This document shows positions 9,771 through 20,401 of a stretch of DNA of 64,000 nt, in pieces. The translations under genes were made by a program, and so were the position numbers. The DNA comes from Clostridia bacterium. Lineage in GTDB: Bacteria > Bacillota > Clostridia > Christensenellales > UBA1242. Location: NCBI GenBank assembly GCA_045638465.1, contig JAZUBK010000020.1:27021-91020 (forward strand), written 5' to 3'. The notes under the pieces are model-generated. The model worked only from the letters and a program-made list of their open reading frames with translations. It did not search any database and was not told the DNA's origin. Position 1 is the first letter of the stretch; each line of letters opens with the position of its first letter.

Positions 9771-10663
9771 TGGCTTTTATAGAAGAAATCATTTCTGTAG
9801 GTAACCACGAAAAAGGCTTTGCGCTTTTTAATAAAACAACTGGCGAGTTTATGAGTGACTTTGTTTATTCTAACATCATAAACACCTCATATGGTTTGCA
9901 CTTTTTGTACAAAGGCGAAAGTCAAGAAGAATACACTATCGTAGACAACTATGGCAAAGAGGTTGCTTTTGACGAAAATTACCTTTGGGGATTACTTGGT
10001 AGAAGTCCTTTTGGGGTTGGGTGTGTTGTTGGTAAGAAAGACAATAAATGTTATCTTGCAAACTGTAAAGGAAAGATATTGTCAAAAGGCTACGACAGAA
10101 GGATTATGTCTCACTCTGCCTCTTCGAGAATTTTTGAAACTGTAAAAATGCTAGAAGACAGCGGAAGAAAACTTGTTGGTCTTATTGCTATGGACGGTAC
10201 AGAACTTGTACCTTGCGAAGATGAGTATATACCAGAGTATGATGATGTATTCGTTTTGACTGAACTTATCGAAAAATATGGTTATGGCCTTATCAAATAC
10301 GCAAGTGATGAGATTTTGGCGTCTGATATGATATTTATTAAACTTTTAGAGGCGGCAGTAAAAAGTATTAGAACTTTGCCTGATTTTGTAAACAATAGGG
10401 AATATGTTTTAAACTTTGCCTCAGAAGGTATATCAAATATGTATTATTTGAGGGCAGACCTTTGCTTTGAAAAGGGGATATACCGAAACAAAGCAGACCT
10501 TGACCCTAAACAAACTCGTGATAAGTTTGAAAATATGATTAATAAGATGGTTGAAGAAGGTTTTATCTCAAACAGAATCTCAGCTGGATATTTGCAAAAG
10601 CAAATTGATATCATATTAGAAAAACTATTGGGCAGATGTGATAAGATATTTATATTCGATTAA
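9770..10663 (+). CDS. Hypothetical protein (possible WG-type beta repeats)
   Basis: 297 aa. Its start overlaps the upstream stop (taATG). Weak repeats such as YLANCKGKILSKGYD and GLIAMDGTELVPCEDEY. No firm family assignment. Confidence 0.4.
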   Translation: MAFIEEIISVGNHEKGFALFNKTTGEFMSDFVYSNIINTSYGLHFLYKGESQEEYTIVDNYGKEVAFDENYLWGLLGRSPFGVGCVVGKKDNKCYLANCKGKILSKGYDRRIMSHSASSRIFETVKMLEDSGRKLVGLIAMDGTELVPCEDEYIPEYDDVFVLTELIEKYGYGLIKYASDEILASDMIFIKLLEAAVKSIRTLPDFVNNREYVLNFASEGISNMYYLRADLCFEKGIYRNKADLDPKQTRDKFENMINKMVEEGFISNRISAGYLQKQIDIILEKLLGRCDKIFIFD

Positions 10664-10688
10664 AAAGAGCTTTTAGGCTCTTTTTTTG
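10662..10688 (+). terminator. Intrinsic terminator
   Basis: Arms aaaaagagc and gctcttttt, loop ttttag, followed by a T-run. Confidence 0.7.
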
Positions 10689-10927
10689 TTATGACTACTA
10701 TAATTTGATAGTTTGAGGGGCTTTTTGTGAGGTGAAGCTCTAGAGTAGCCTAAGGCCACTTTTGGGAGGGATAGCTTTTAGTAGGACGTTTTTTTGCTAT
10801 ATATTATATAATATATATTAATATAGTAGTAACCTATTTATATATTGTGGTCTTGAGTGCCTTTTTACACTATATTTTGGGGCTAAAAAATAACCCAAAA
10901 ATATTCAAACTTTTTTCAAAAAAAGGG

Positions 10928-10956
10928 TTGACTTGAGGGTAATATAAGTGTATAAT
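10928..10956 (+). promoter_or_regulatory. Promoter of the ribosomal protein supercluster: TTGACT-17-TATAAT
   Basis: TTGACT at 10928-10933 and TATAAT at 10951-10956 with an exact 17-nt spacer. It is the only near-consensus promoter in the 530-nt gap before rpsJ. Confidence 0.65.
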
Positions 10957-11192
10957 AACTTTGCTGTGAAAATGGGATGAAGCGTGAAGTTACCACTTAT
11001 AGCTACATAAGGAGGAGAATTTACGCGGACAAGTTTGGCTAAAAGTCAAGCGACTAACCCTTTGCAAGAAGAGAGAAAGCTTAATATTTTTAAGTTTTTT
11101 TTATCGTTCACGGTAAGACACACACGGAAAGGTGTAATATCTTTTAGGAAATGCTAAAAGGGTTAGATTGGGTTAAGGAGGAAGATATATAA
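10957..11192 (+). promoter_or_regulatory. Long (~235 nt) 5' leader of rpsJ with an internal terminator-like hairpin
   Basis: This is the distance from the predicted promoter to the rpsJ ATG. It contains hairpins at 11074-11096 and 11140-11160 (cttttag/ctaaaag). Confidence 0.45.
11074..11101 (+). promoter_or_regulatory. Terminator-like hairpin plus T-run inside the rpsJ leader (candidate attenuator)
   Basis: Arms aaagcttaa and ttaagtttt (one G-U pair), loop tattt, followed by ttttt. The stem is AT-rich and therefore weak. Confidence 0.35.
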
Positions 11193-11498
11193 ATGGCAAC
11201 TCAAAAAATTAGAATTAAGTTACAATCTTATGATCACAACTTAATTGACCTAGCTGCAACTAGAATAATCGAAGCAGCTACAAAAGCAGGTTCAAAGATC
11301 GCTGGACCTATTCCACTACCAACAAACAAAGAGGTAGTAACAATCATCAGAAGCCCACACAAATACAAAGATAGTCGTGAGCAATTTGAAATGAGAACAC
11401 ACAAAAGAGTTATTGATGTTTATACTTCTGCAAAAGCTCTAGATTCACTTATGAAACTAGACCTACCAGCAGGTGTTGATATCAATATCAAACTTTAA
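11193..11498 (+). CDS. rpsJ: 30S ribosomal protein S10
   Basis: 101 aa, begins [17 protein letters not shown] aaggagg. First gene of the conserved cluster. Confidence 0.95.
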   Translation: MATQKIRIKLQSYDHNLIDLAATRIIEAATKAGSKIAGPIPLPTNKEVVTIIRSPHKYKDSREQFEMRTHKRVIDVYTSAKALDSLMKLDLPAGVDINIKL

Positions 11499-11518
11499 TT
11501 CGTTAGGGAGAGAATGAT

Positions 11519-12157
11519 ATGAAAAAAGCTATTTTAGGTAAAAAGTTAGGTATGACTCAAGTTTTCACTTCTAACGGATTGGTTATTCCAGTTACCGTTG
11601 TAGAAGCTGGTCCTTGTACAGTTATACAAAAGAAAACTGAAGAAAAAGACGGCTATGAAGCTGTTGTAGTTGGTTTTGGCGAAACTAGAGAAAAACTAGT
11701 TAACAAACCACAAACTGGTGCTTTCAAGAAAGCAAACGTTTCTGTAAAGAAATATGTAAAAGAATTAGATGTTGACAATTATGCAGACCTTGAGGTTGGT
11801 AGCGAAATCAAGTGTGACGTATTTGCAGAAGGCGACATCGTAGACGTAACAGGCACAACCAAAGGTCATGGTTTTAGCGGTAATATCAAAAGACACAACG
11901 CACACAGACTAAAGATGACTCACGGTACAGGTCCTGTACACAGAGAAGTTGGTTCTATGAGTGCTAACTCAACACCAAGCAGAGTATTCAAAAATAAATT
12001 AATGCCAGGCCATTATGGTGACGAGCAAGTTACTATCCAAAACTTGCAAGTAGTAAAAGTTGATGCAGAAAGAAATGTACTTTTAATCAAAGGTGCTATT
12101 CCTGGAAACAAAAACGGACTTGTTACTATCAAATCGGCTGTTAAGGCTGGTAAGTAA
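11519..12157 (+). CDS. rplC: 50S ribosomal protein L3
   Basis: 212 aa, [10 protein letters not shown]...VTVVEAGPC, plus synteny. Confidence 0.95.
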   Translation: MKKAILGKKLGMTQVFTSNGLVIPVTVVEAGPCTVIQKKTEEKDGYEAVVVGFGETREKLVNKPQTGAFKKANVSVKKYVKELDVDNYADLEVGSEIKCDVFAEGDIVDVTGTTKGHGFSGNIKRHNAHRLKMTHGTGPVHREVGSMSANSTPSRVFKNKLMPGHYGDEQVTIQNLQVVKVDAERNVLLIKGAIPGNKNGLVTIKSAVKAGK

Positions 12158-12168
12158 GGAGAGTAGTT

Positions 12169-12792
12169 ATGCCAAAAGTTAAAGTATATAATATGGCTGC
12201 TGAAGTTGTAGGAAATATGACTTTGAGTGATGAAGTTTTCGGTTGTGAATACAACGAAGCTCTAATTCATCAAGTAGTAGTAGCTTATAACAACAATCAA
12301 AGACAAGGCACAAAAAGCGCTTTAACTCGTACAGAAGTTAGAGGCCATGCTAAAAAACCTTGGAGACAAAAAGGTACTGGTAGAGCAAGACAAGGTTCTA
12401 CAAAAGGTCCACAATGGGTTGGTGGTGGCGTAGTATTCGCACCAAAACCAAGAGATTTTTCTCAAAAAGTAAACAAACAAGCAAAGGCTGTAGCTTTCAA
12501 ATCTGCTATCAGCGCTAAACTTGCAGAACAAAAAGTCGTAGTTTTAGATGCTTTGACAATCAAAGACGCTAAAACAAAAGAGTTTATGAATGTTGTAAAC
12601 AGCTTCAAAATCGAAGGTAACACAGTAGTTGTTGTTGCTGACAAAGACGAAAAAGTTTTGAGAGCTACAAACAATATTCCTTACATCAATGTAACAACTG
12701 CTGACCTACTAAACACTTATGATCTAGTAGCTTGTAATAAAGTTTATGTTACTAAAGATGCAGTAAAGAAAATAGAGGAGGCTTATAAATAA
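12169..12792 (+). CDS. rplD: 50S ribosomal protein L4
   Basis: 207 aa, [33 protein letters not shown], plus synteny. Confidence 0.95.
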   Translation: MPKVKVYNMAAEVVGNMTLSDEVFGCEYNEALIHQVVVAYNNNQRQGTKSALTRTEVRGHAKKPWRQKGTGRARQGSTKGPQWVGGGVVFAPKPRDFSQKVNKQAKAVAFKSAISAKLAEQKVVVLDALTIKDAKTKEFMNVVNSFKIEGNTVVVVADKDEKVLRATNNIPYINVTTADLLNTYDLVACNKVYVTKDAVKKIEEAYK

Positions 12793-13094
12793 TGAATGCC
12801 TACGATATTATAAAAAGACCGCTACTTTCAGAAAAGAGCTATGCTACTATCGCTGATAAAAAATACACATTTGTAGTAGAAAAAAGCGCTAACAAAGTAG
12901 AAATTAGAAAAGCGGTAGAAGAAATATTCAAAGTTAAAGTTCAAAAAGTAAATACACTAATAGTAAAGGGCAAAGAAAAAACTCAAAACACTAAAAACGG
13001 TAGAACAGTTGGTAAAACTAGCGATTATAAAAAAGCAATCGTTTGGCTAACAGCTGATAGCAAACCAATCGAGTTTTTTGAAAGCCTAAACTAA
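12792..13094 (+). CDS. rplW: 50S ribosomal protein L23
   Basis: 100 aa, [12 protein letters not shown], plus synteny. Confidence 0.95.
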   Translation: MNAYDIIKRPLLSEKSYATIADKKYTFVVEKSANKVEIRKAVEEIFKVKVQKVNTLIVKGKEKTQNTKNGRTVGKTSDYKKAIVWLTADSKPIEFFESLN

Positions 13095-13114
13095 GGTAAG
13101 CGGAGGAATTAAAA

Positions 13115-13942
13115 ATGGCTGTTAGAAGACATAAACCTACTTCTCCTGCACAAAGACAAATGTCTACTGCTGATTTTTCAGTTTTAACAAAAAAAGCTCC
13201 AGAAAAATCACTACTTGCTGAAAATAGCAAAACAGGTGGTAGAAACTCTTATGGCAGAATTACCGTTAGACACATCGGTGGCGGTAACAGAAGAAAATAT
13301 AGAATTATTGATTTTAGAAGAAGAAAAGATGATGTTCCTGCAACAGTAACTGCAATCGAATATGACCCAAACAGAACTTCATATATCGCATTGCTAACAT
13401 ATGCTGATGGAACAAAATCTTATATCCTAGCACCAGTTGGTCTAAACGTTGGTGACAAGGTTATGAGCGGCGAAAACGCTGAAATTAAAGTTGGTAACTG
13501 CTTACCACTAGCTAATATTCCTGTAGGTTCAGTTGTTCACAACATCGAACTTCAACCAGGAAAGGGCGGACAAATTGCTCGTTCTGCTGGTATCTCTGCT
13601 AGACTTATGGCAAGAGAAGGCAAATATGCAACTCTAAAAATGCCAAGTGGCGAAATGAGACTAGTTCTTGCAACTTGCAGAGCTACTATCGGTCAAGTTG
13701 GCAACATTGAGCATGAAATCATCTCAATCGGTAAAGCTGGTCGTTCAAGACACATGGGTATCAAACCTACAGTTCGTGGTGTTGTTATGAACCCAGTTGA
13801 CCACCCACACGGTGGTGGTGAAGGTAAATCACCAGTTGGTCGTCCAGGACCTGTTACTCCTTGGGGTAAACCTGCTATGGGTCTTAAGACTAGAGATAGA
13901 AAGAAAAGCTCTAACAAATTTATCATAAAGAGAGCTAGATAG
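13115..13942 (+). CDS. rplB: 50S ribosomal protein L2
   Basis: 275 aa, [13 protein letters not shown] and [13 protein letters not shown] motifs. Confidence 0.97.
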   Translation: MAVRRHKPTSPAQRQMSTADFSVLTKKAPEKSLLAENSKTGGRNSYGRITVRHIGGGNRRKYRIIDFRRRKDDVPATVTAIEYDPNRTSYIALLTYADGTKSYILAPVGLNVGDKVMSGENAEIKVGNCLPLANIPVGSVVHNIELQPGKGGQIARSAGISARLMAREGKYATLKMPSGEMRLVLATCRATIGQVGNIEHEIISIGKAGRSRHMGIKPTVRGVVMNPVDHPHGGGEGKSPVGRPGPVTPWGKPAMGLKTRDRKKSSNKFIIKRAR

Positions 13943-13953
13943 GAGTTAAAGTT

Positions 13954-14229
13954 ATGAGTAGATCATTAAAGAAAAAACCATTCGTTGAAGAAAGACTTTT
14001 TAACAGAGTTAAAGAAATGAATGAATCTAATACTAAAAAAGTCGTTAAAACTTGGTCAAGAGCATCTGTAATTTACCCAGAATTCGTTGGTCATACAATC
14101 GCTGTTCATAATGGTAAAAAACATATCCCTGTTTATTGCACTGCTGAAATGGTAGGCCATAAACTTGGTGAGTTTGCTCCAACAAGAACATTCAAAGGTC
14201 ATACTTCTGGTAAGACTTCAGGTAGATAA
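13954..14229 (+). CDS. rpsS: 30S ribosomal protein S19
   Basis: 91 aa, [11 protein letters not shown]...[12 protein letters not shown]. Confidence 0.96.
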   Translation: MSRSLKKKPFVEERLFNRVKEMNESNTKKVVKTWSRASVIYPEFVGHTIAVHNGKKHIPVYCTAEMVGHKLGEFAPTRTFKGHTSGKTSGR

Positions 14230-14240
14230 GGAGAACAAAA

Positions 14241-14630
14241 ATGGCAAAAAGAATGAGAGAAAAGGCTGAAGCTAGATTCCAAAACAGAGATACTCGCCCA
14301 ACAGCTATTACTAAAGATATTAGAATTAGCTCAAGCAAAGTAAGAATTGTTATGGACCTAGTACGTGGCAAAAAATACAATGAAGCAGTTGCTATTTTGA
14401 AAAATACTCCAAATGGTGCTGCTGAACCAATCTTAAAGACTATCATGTCTGCTGCTGCTAACGGTGAGCACAACATGGGTCTAAACAAAGACGATATGTT
14501 TGTTGCTGAAATCTGGGCAACAGAAGGACCAACTCTAAAGAGACTAAATATTAGAGCTCGTGGTAGAGTTGACAGAATACTAAAAAGAACAAGCCATATA
14601 ACTGTTATTATGGATACTATTAAGGAATAA
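14241..14630 (+). CDS. rplV: 50S ribosomal protein L22
   Basis: 129 aa, [24 protein letters not shown]. Has a short N-terminal extension. Confidence 0.93.
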   Translation: MAKRMREKAEARFQNRDTRPTAITKDIRISSSKVRIVMDLVRGKKYNEAVAILKNTPNGAAEPILKTIMSAAANGEHNMGLNKDDMFVAEIWATEGPTLKRLNIRARGRVDRILKRTSHITVIMDTIKE

Positions 14631-14646
14631 AGGAGAGAAAAGGCAA

Positions 14647-15321
14647 ATGGGACAAAAAGTTAGTCCACACGGACTTAGAGTAGGAATCAACAAGAGCTGG
14701 GACTCTTCTTGGTTCGCAGGTAAAGATAACTTTGCTAAATTTTTGAAAGAAGACAACGTTATCAGAACTTTTATTAAGAAAAAATATTATGCATGTGCTA
14801 TTTCAAAAATCGGTATCGAAAGAACAGCTAAAAGACTTGTTGTAAACATCTTTACTGCAAGACCTGGCGTTTTGATCGGTCAAAAGGGTGCTGGTGTAGA
14901 AACTTTGAAGAAAGAAGTTTTGAAACTAACTCAAGCAGATGCAGTTTCTATTAACATCAAAGAAATCAAAAACGTTGATGTTGATGCAGTACTAGTTGCA
15001 GAAAGCATCGCTACTCAACTAGAAAAACGTGTTCACTTTAGAAGAGCTATGAAACAAGTTATGCAAAAAGCTATGAAATCAGGCGTTCAAGGTATCAAAA
15101 CTATGGTAAGTGGTCGTCTTGATGGTGCTGATATTGCAAGAAGTGAACATTACCACCTAGGAAATCTTCCACTACAAACTTTGAGAGCTGATATCGACTA
15201 TGGTACAGCAGAAGCTGCTACTACATTTGGTATTGTAGGTGTTAAAGTTTGGATTTACAAAGGCGAAATCCTAGGCAAACTAAATGTTGCTGAAAAAGCT
15301 CCAAAAGGAGGAAACAAGTAA
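14647..15321 (+). CDS. rpsC: 30S ribosomal protein S3
   Basis: 224 aa, [14 protein letters not shown], with KH-domain region. Confidence 0.96.
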   Translation: MGQKVSPHGLRVGINKSWDSSWFAGKDNFAKFLKEDNVIRTFIKKKYYACAISKIGIERTAKRLVVNIFTARPGVLIGQKGAGVETLKKEVLKLTQADAVSINIKEIKNVDVDAVLVAESIATQLEKRVHFRRAMKQVMQKAMKSGVQGIKTMVSGRLDGADIARSEHYHLGNLPLQTLRADIDYGTAEAATTFGIVGVKVWIYKGEILGKLNVAEKAPKGGNK

Positions 15322-15322
15322 T

Positions 15323-15760
15323 ATGTTAATGCCTAAAAGAGTAAAAAGAAGAAAACAACAAAGAGGTAGAATGACTGGTAAAGCTACAAGAGGCAATACA
15401 ATCTCTTACGGCGAATACGGTATCGTTGCTACTGAACCATGTTGGATTACTTCTAATCAAATTGAGGCTGCCCGTGTTGCGATGACTCGTTACACAAAAA
15501 GAGGCGGTCAAGTATGGATAAAAATATTCCCTCACAAACCAGTTTCTAAGAAACCTGCTGAAACCAGAATGGGTAGCGGTAAAGGTTCTCCAGAATATTG
15601 GGTAGCTGTAGTTAAACCAGGCAGAGTAATGTTTGAACTTGCAGGTATTCCTGAGGAAAACGCTAGAGAAGCACTAAGACTTGCTAGCCATAAACTTCCA
15701 TGCAAAACTAAAATTGTTAAAAAAGAAGTTGATACTACAACAGAAGGTGGTGCAATCTAA
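15323..15760 (+). CDS. rplP: 50S ribosomal protein L16
   Basis: Start moved to ATG 15323 ([15 protein letters not shown]), directly after the rpsC stop. The 15284 start in the track overlaps rpsC. Confidence 0.94.
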   Translation: MLMPKRVKRRKQQRGRMTGKATRGNTISYGEYGIVATEPCWITSNQIEAARVAMTRYTKRGGQVWIKIFPHKPVSKKPAETRMGSGKGSPEYWVAVVKPGRVMFELAGIPEENAREALRLASHKLPCKTKIVKKEVDTTTEGGAI

Positions 15761-15969
15761 TGAAAGTTAACGAAATAAGAAGCATGACAAGCGAAGAACT
15801 AGTTGCAAAACTAGCTAGTCTAAAGACTGAACTATTTAATCTTCGTTTTCAACATGCTACAGGAAACCTAGCTAATCCAATGTTGCTTAACACTTTGAAA
15901 AAAGATATCGCAAAAATCAAAACAGTTATGACTGAAAGAGAAATTGCAGAAAAGGTTAAGAAGGCATAA
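15760..15969 (+). CDS. rpmC: 50S ribosomal protein L29
   Basis: 69 aa, [12 protein letters not shown], plus synteny. Confidence 0.94.
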   Translation: MKVNEIRSMTSEELVAKLASLKTELFNLRFQHATGNLANPMLLNTLKKDIAKIKTVMTEREIAEKVKKA

Positions 15970-15980
15970 GGGAGGATAAT

Positions 15981-16247
15981 ATGGAAAACAATACAGAAAG
16001 AAACAATCGTAGAACAAAAATCGGTGTTGTAGTTAGTGACAAAATGGACAAAAAATGTGTCGTAGCTGTTACTTCTAACGAAAAACATCCTCTTTATAAA
16101 AAAGTCGTAAAACATACAAAGAAATTCGTTGCTCATGATGAAAATAATGAGTGCAGAGTTGGTGATACAGTAGAAATTATGGAAACTAGACCAATTTCTA
16201 AAACTTGTCACTTCAGACTTCTTCGTATCGTTGAGAGAGTTAAATAG
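15981..16247 (+). CDS. rpsQ: 30S ribosomal protein S17
   Basis: 88 aa, [13 protein letters not shown]...[23 protein letters not shown]. Confidence 0.94.
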   Translation: MENNTERNNRRTKIGVVVSDKMDKKCVVAVTSNEKHPLYKKVVKHTKKFVAHDENNECRVGDTVEIMETRPISKTCHFRLLRIVERVK

Positions 16248-16265
16248 GAAAGGAGCAAAATTATT

Positions 16266-16634
16266 ATGGTACAACCTCAAACAAGACTTAAAGTCGCTGA
16301 CAACACAGGTGCTAAACAAATTATGTGTATCCGTGTTCTTGGTGGTTCATTCAGAAGAAGCGGTAATATCGGTGATGTAATTATTGCTTCTGTTAAAAAA
16401 GCAACTCCAGGCGGAGTTGTTAAAAAAGGTGACGTTGTAAAAGCTGTTATCGTAAGAACATCTAAAGGTGTTAGAAGAACTGATGGTTCTCATATCAAAT
16501 TTGATGACAATGCAGCTGTTATCATCGATAACCAAAAACAACCTAAAGGAACTCGTATCTTTGGACCTGTTGCAAGAGAATTGAGAGACGGTGGATATAT
16601 GAAGATCGTATCTCTTGCTCCAGAGGTTTTATAA
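16266..16634 (+). CDS. rplN: 50S ribosomal protein L14
   Basis: 122 aa, [22 protein letters not shown]. Confidence 0.96.
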   Translation: MVQPQTRLKVADNTGAKQIMCIRVLGGSFRRSGNIGDVIIASVKKATPGGVVKKGDVVKAVIVRTSKGVRRTDGSHIKFDDNAAVIIDNQKQPKGTRIFGPVARELRDGGYMKIVSLAPEVL

Positions 16635-16644
16635 GGAGTATATT

Positions 16645-17070
16645 ATGGCTAATATGAACATTAAAAAAGGCGATACAGTTGTAGTTATCGCAGGTAAAGA
16701 TAGCGGCAAAGTTGCCGAAGTACTAGCTTGTTATCCAAAAGATAATAGAGTTACTGTAAAAGGCGTAAACGTTGTAACAAAACACAACAAGCCAAGAAGC
16801 GCACAAGACAAGGGCGGAATTGTTAAAGTTGAAGGCAAAATTGATGCTTCAAACGTTCAACTAGTTTGTCCTGTATGTGGCAAAGCAACAAGAGTTGCTC
16901 ATAAAGAAGTAGATGGCAAAAACGTTAGAGTATGCAAAAAATGTGCTGCTACTATCGATGGAGCTAAAAAAGCTACAAAAGCTGCTGCTAAAACTGAAGA
17001 AAAAGCTGCTCCAAAAGCTAAATCAACTACTACAAAATCTACTACAAAAACTACTAAGGAGGCTAAGTAG
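16645..17070 (+). CDS. rplX: 50S ribosomal protein L24 with CxxC-x18-CxxC insertion and K/A/T-rich C-terminal tail
   Basis: Start moved to ATG 16645 ([25 protein letters not shown] motif). 141 aa versus about 103 aa in B. subtilis. Contains [26 protein letters not shown]. Confidence 0.9.
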   Translation: MANMNIKKGDTVVVIAGKDSGKVAEVLACYPKDNRVTVKGVNVVTKHNKPRSAQDKGGIVKVEGKIDASNVQLVCPVCGKATRVAHKEVDGKNVRVCKKCAATIDGAKKATKAAAKTEEKAAPKAKSTTTKSTTKTTKEAK

Positions 17071-17075
17071 AATAT

Positions 17076-17618
17076 ATGAATAGACTACAAGAACATTACA
17101 TTAAAAATGTTGTGCCTGCTTGTGTTAAAGAGTATGGTTATAAAAACGTAATGGAAGTTCCAAAGATTGATAAAATTATTATCAACCTAGGTCTTGGTGC
17201 TGACAAAGATAATTCAAAGAGCTTCAATGCAGCTCTAGAAGAAATCGCACAAATCACTGGTCAAAAACCAGTAGCTACAACTGCTAAAAAGTCTATCGCT
17301 AACTTCAAAGTTAGACAAGGACAAAAAGTTGGTGCAAAAGTTACACTTAGAGGCGAAAGAATGTATGAGTTTTTAGATAAACTTATCTCAATCGCATTCC
17401 CAAGAGTTAGAGATTTCAAGGGTATATCTCCAAAAGCATTTGATGGTAGAGGTAACTACGCTCTAGGTATCAAAGAACAACTTATATTCCCAGAAATTTC
17501 ATATGAAAAAGTCGACAAAATTAGAGGTTTTGATGTTGTTATCGTTACAACCGCTAATACAGATAAAGAGGCATTTACTCTTCTAAAAGAAATGGGTATG
17601 CCTTTTGCAACTAGATAA
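17076..17618 (+). CDS. rplE: 50S ribosomal protein L5
   Basis: 180 aa, MNRLQEHY...[13 protein letters not shown]. Confidence 0.96.
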   Translation: MNRLQEHYIKNVVPACVKEYGYKNVMEVPKIDKIIINLGLGADKDNSKSFNAALEEIAQITGQKPVATTAKKSIANFKVRQGQKVGAKVTLRGERMYEFLDKLISIAFPRVRDFKGISPKAFDGRGNYALGIKEQLIFPEISYEKVDKIRGFDVVIVTTANTDKEAFTLLKEMGMPFATR

Positions 17619-17638
17619 GGCAAAGGGGTTTAAATATT

Positions 17639-17824
17639 ATGGCAAGAAAAGCAATGATTGAAAAACAACAAAGAAAGCAAAAATTCACAACTCGTGAATA
17701 TACAAGATGCTCTATTTGTGGCCGCCCACACGCAGTACTAAGAAAATATGGTATCTGCAGAGTATGTTTTAGAAACCTAGCATACAAAGGCGAAATCCCT
17801 GGTGTTAAAAAGGCTAGTTGGTAG
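17639..17824 (+). CDS. rpsN: 30S ribosomal protein S14, short zinc-binding (type Z) form
   Basis: 61 aa, [21 protein letters not shown]. Confidence 0.95.
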   Translation: MARKAMIEKQQRKQKFTTREYTRCSICGRPHAVLRKYGICRVCFRNLAYKGEIPGVKKASW

Positions 17825-17835
17825 GAGGAGAAATT

Positions 17836-18234
17836 ATGATAGTTACAGATCCAATCGCAGATATGCTTACTCGTATTCGTAATGCTTTGACAGCAAAACA
17901 TACAGAAGTTCTTATCCCTGCATCAAAAACAAAAAACACTATTGCTCAAATCCTAGTAAGCGAAGGTTACATCACTTCTGCTGAATTAGTGGATTCAGCT
18001 AGTTTTAAATCAATCAAAATCATTCTAAAATATGGTCCTAATGGCGAAAAAGTTATCCAAGGTTTGAAGAGAATTTCTAAACCTGGTCTTAGAGTATATG
18101 CAGAAGCTAAAGATATCCCAATGGTTCTTAACGGACTTGGTATCGCAATCGTTTCTACAAACAAAGGCATTATGACTGATAAGCAAGCTCGTGAACAAAA
18201 TGTTGGTGGCGAAGTTCTTGCTTATATCTGGTAG
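17836..18234 (+). CDS. rpsH: 30S ribosomal protein S8
   Basis: Start moved to ATG 17836 ([16 protein letters not shown]), preceded by aggagg. Confidence 0.95.
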   Translation: MIVTDPIADMLTRIRNALTAKHTEVLIPASKTKNTIAQILVSEGYITSAELVDSASFKSIKIILKYGPNGEKVIQGLKRISKPGLRVYAEAKDIPMVLNGLGIAIVSTNKGIMTDKQAREQNVGGEVLAYIW

Positions 18235-18245
18235 GAGGTATTGTT

Positions 18246-18785
18246 ATGTCAAGAATAGGTAGATTACCAATTGATATTCCAGCAGATGTTACTGTTACTC
18301 TAAATGAACAAACTGTTACTGTTGCTGGTAAATTAGGTACTTTAACACAAGATGTTGACAAAACAATCTCTGTTAAAGTTGAAGGAAACCAAGTTGTTTT
18401 AACAAGAGCTAATGAAACTGGCGACGTTAAAGCAAAACATGGTCTATACAGACAACTTATCGCAAACATGGTTAAAGGTGTTAGCGAAGGCTTTAGCAAA
18501 ACTTTGAATATCAACGGTGTTGGTTACAAAGCAACTTTGCAAGGCACAAAAGTAGTTTTGAATATCGGTTTTAGCCACCCAATCGACGTTGTTCCAACAG
18601 AAGGTATCAAACTTGCTGTAAACGGTAACGATATTACTGTTTCTGGTATTGATAAAGCTAAAGTTGGTCAATTCGCTGCTAAAATCAGAGATTTGAAACC
18701 AGTTGAACCATACCATGCTTATGGTATTAAATACGCTGACGAAGTTGTTATCCGCAAAGAGGGTAAGACTTCAGGTAAGAAGTAA
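18246..18785 (+). CDS. rplF: 50S ribosomal protein L6
   Basis: 179 aa, MSRIGRLPIDIPADV. Confidence 0.96.
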   Translation: MSRIGRLPIDIPADVTVTLNEQTVTVAGKLGTLTQDVDKTISVKVEGNQVVLTRANETGDVKAKHGLYRQLIANMVKGVSEGFSKTLNINGVGYKATLQGTKVVLNIGFSHPIDVVPTEGIKLAVNGNDITVSGIDKAKVGQFAAKIRDLKPVEPYHAYGIKYADEVVIRKEGKTSGKK

Positions 18786-18800
18786 AGGAGCGCTTAGAAA

Positions 18801-19169
18801 ATGGTAAGTAAAGAAAATAAAAATGCACAAAGAAAGCATAGACATCTAAGAGTTAGAAAGAAAATTTCTGGAACTAAAGAATGTCCAAGACTAAGTGTTT
18901 ATCGTAGCACTAGCCACATTTATGCTCAAATCATTGATGACGTTGCAGGAAATACACTTGTTAGCGCTTCAACTATGGAAAAGTCGATCGCAACTGCACT
19001 TAAAGGTAAGTCTAAATCAGAACAAGCATACCTTGTAGGTGAAGAAGTTGCTAAAAGAGCTACTAAGAAAGGCATTAAAACTGTTGTTTTTGACCGTGCT
19101 GGATATCTTTATATCGGTAGAGTTAAAAGCCTTGCAGAAGGTGCTAGAAGCGCTGGATTAGAGTTTTAA
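18801..19169 (+). CDS. rplR: 50S ribosomal protein L18
   Basis: 122 aa, [12 protein letters not shown]...[15 protein letters not shown]. Confidence 0.95.
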   Translation: MVSKENKNAQRKHRHLRVRKKISGTKECPRLSVYRSTSHIYAQIIDDVAGNTLVSASTMEKSIATALKGKSKSEQAYLVGEEVAKRATKKGIKTVVFDRAGYLYIGRVKSLAEGARSAGLEF

Positions 19170-19180
19170 TGGAGGACACT

Positions 19181-19711
19181 ATGGCAAAACAAGAAGTTAA
19201 AAAAGAAAACGCAAAAAGACCTGTTACTCGTAGAGAAGACAGCGAGTTTGACAAAAAGCTTGTTGAAATCAGAAGAGTAGCTAAGGTTGTTAAGGGTGGT
19301 AGAACTATGAGATTTAGCGCCCTAGTAGTTGTAGGAAACAGAAAAGGTCTTGTTGGTATCGGTACTGGCAAATCTGCTGAAGTTCCTGAAGCTATCGAAA
19401 AAGCAACAGCTGCTGCTAAGAAAAACCTAATCACAGTTCCTATCGTTGGAACAACTATTCCTCATAGTGTTACTGGTAAATACGGTTCTTCAAGTGTTCT
19501 TATGTTACCTGCTAAAGAAGGTACTGGTGTTATCGCTGGTGGTAGCGCACGTGCTGTTATCGAACTTGCTGGTATCAAAGATATCACTACAAAAAGACAT
19601 GGTTCTAACAACAAGATCAACGGTGTAAAAGCTACACTAGAAGGTCTAAAAGCACTAAGAACTAGAGAGCAAATTGCTGCACTTCGTGGCAAAGCTCCAG
19701 AAGAAATATAA
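19181..19711 (+). CDS. rpsE: 30S ribosomal protein S5
   Basis: ATG 19181 lies 5 nt after ggagg (19171-19175). The track start at 19169 is also possible. Contains [17 protein letters not shown]. Confidence 0.93.
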   Translation: MAKQEVKKENAKRPVTRREDSEFDKKLVEIRRVAKVVKGGRTMRFSALVVVGNRKGLVGIGTGKSAEVPEAIEKATAAAKKNLITVPIVGTTIPHSVTGKYGSSSVLMLPAKEGTGVIAGGSARAVIELAGIKDITTKRHGSNNKINGVKATLEGLKALRTREQIAALRGKAPEEI

Positions 19712-19730
19712 AAAGGTAGGATTTTTGGAA

Positions 19731-19946
19731 ATGGAAAAAACAACTAATAAATCAAAAAAATCCGCAGGACAACTAAAAGTTACTTATGTTAAAAGCGTAA
19801 TTGGAAGAGAAAAAAGACAAGTTAAAGTTCTAGAAGGTCTTGGCCTTAGAAAACTTAACACTACAAAAGTTTTCCCTGATAATGAGAGCATCAGAGGTAG
19901 CTTGTTCCTTGTTAAACACTTAGTTAAAGTAGAAGAAGTTAAGTAA
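19731..19946 (+). CDS. rpmD: 50S ribosomal protein L30
   Basis: Start moved to ATG 19731. Contains LKVTYVKSVIGREKRQVKVLEGLGLRK. Has about 10 extra N-terminal residues. Confidence 0.9.
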   Translation: MEKTTNKSKKSAGQLKVTYVKSVIGREKRQVKVLEGLGLRKLNTTKVFPDNESIRGSLFLVKHLVKVEEVK

Positions 19947-19957
19947 AGGAGTAAACT

Positions 19958-20401
19958 ATGAATATTCAAACTCTATCTCCTGCTCCAAACTCTCGCAAGA
20001 CTCAAAAGAGACTTGGCAGAGGTATTGGTAGCGGTATTGGTAAGACTAGTGGCAAAGGTCACAAAGGTCAAAATGCTCGTAGTGGTGGCGGTGTAAGACC
20101 AGGATTTGAGGGTGGACAAATACCTCTAATCAGAAGACTTCCAAAAAGAGGTTTCACTAACCAATTTAAGAAAGTTTATGCTATCGTTAACGTATCAGAT
20201 CTTAACAGATTTGAAGACGGAGCTGTTGTAGATGCAGCTGCACTACTAGAAACAAATCTTATCGGCAAAGTAGAAGCTTATGGTGTTAAAGTTCTAGGTA
20301 ATGGCGAACTTACTAAAAAGCTTACTGTAAAAGCTGATAAATTTACTGCACAAGCAAAAGAAAAGATTGAGAAAGCTGGTGGAATCGCCGAGGAGGTATA
20401 A
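19958..20401 (+). CDS. rplO: 50S ribosomal protein L15
   Basis: 147 aa, [21 protein letters not shown]. Confidence 0.95.
   Translation: MNIQTLSPAPNSRKTQKRLGRGIGSGIGKTSGKGHKGQNARSGGGVRPGFEGGQIPLIRRLPKRGFTNQFKKVYAIVNVSDLNRFEDGAVVDAAALLETNLIGKVEAYGVKVLGNGELTKKLTVKADKFTAQAKEKIEKAGGIAEEV

Noticed and set aside
10798-10817. Perfect 20-bp AT-only palindrome TATATATTATATAATATATA upstream of the S10 promoter
   Set aside because: It is pure A/T low-complexity sequence in an AT-rich intergenic region. It could act as an UP-like or curved element, but there is nothing specific to support a function.
10977-11042. Possible 21-codon leader peptide (MKREVTTYSYIRRRIYADKFG) in the rpsJ leader
   Set aside because: There is no convincing SD at a proper distance and no feature typical of regulatory leader peptides. 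It is probably a chance ORF.
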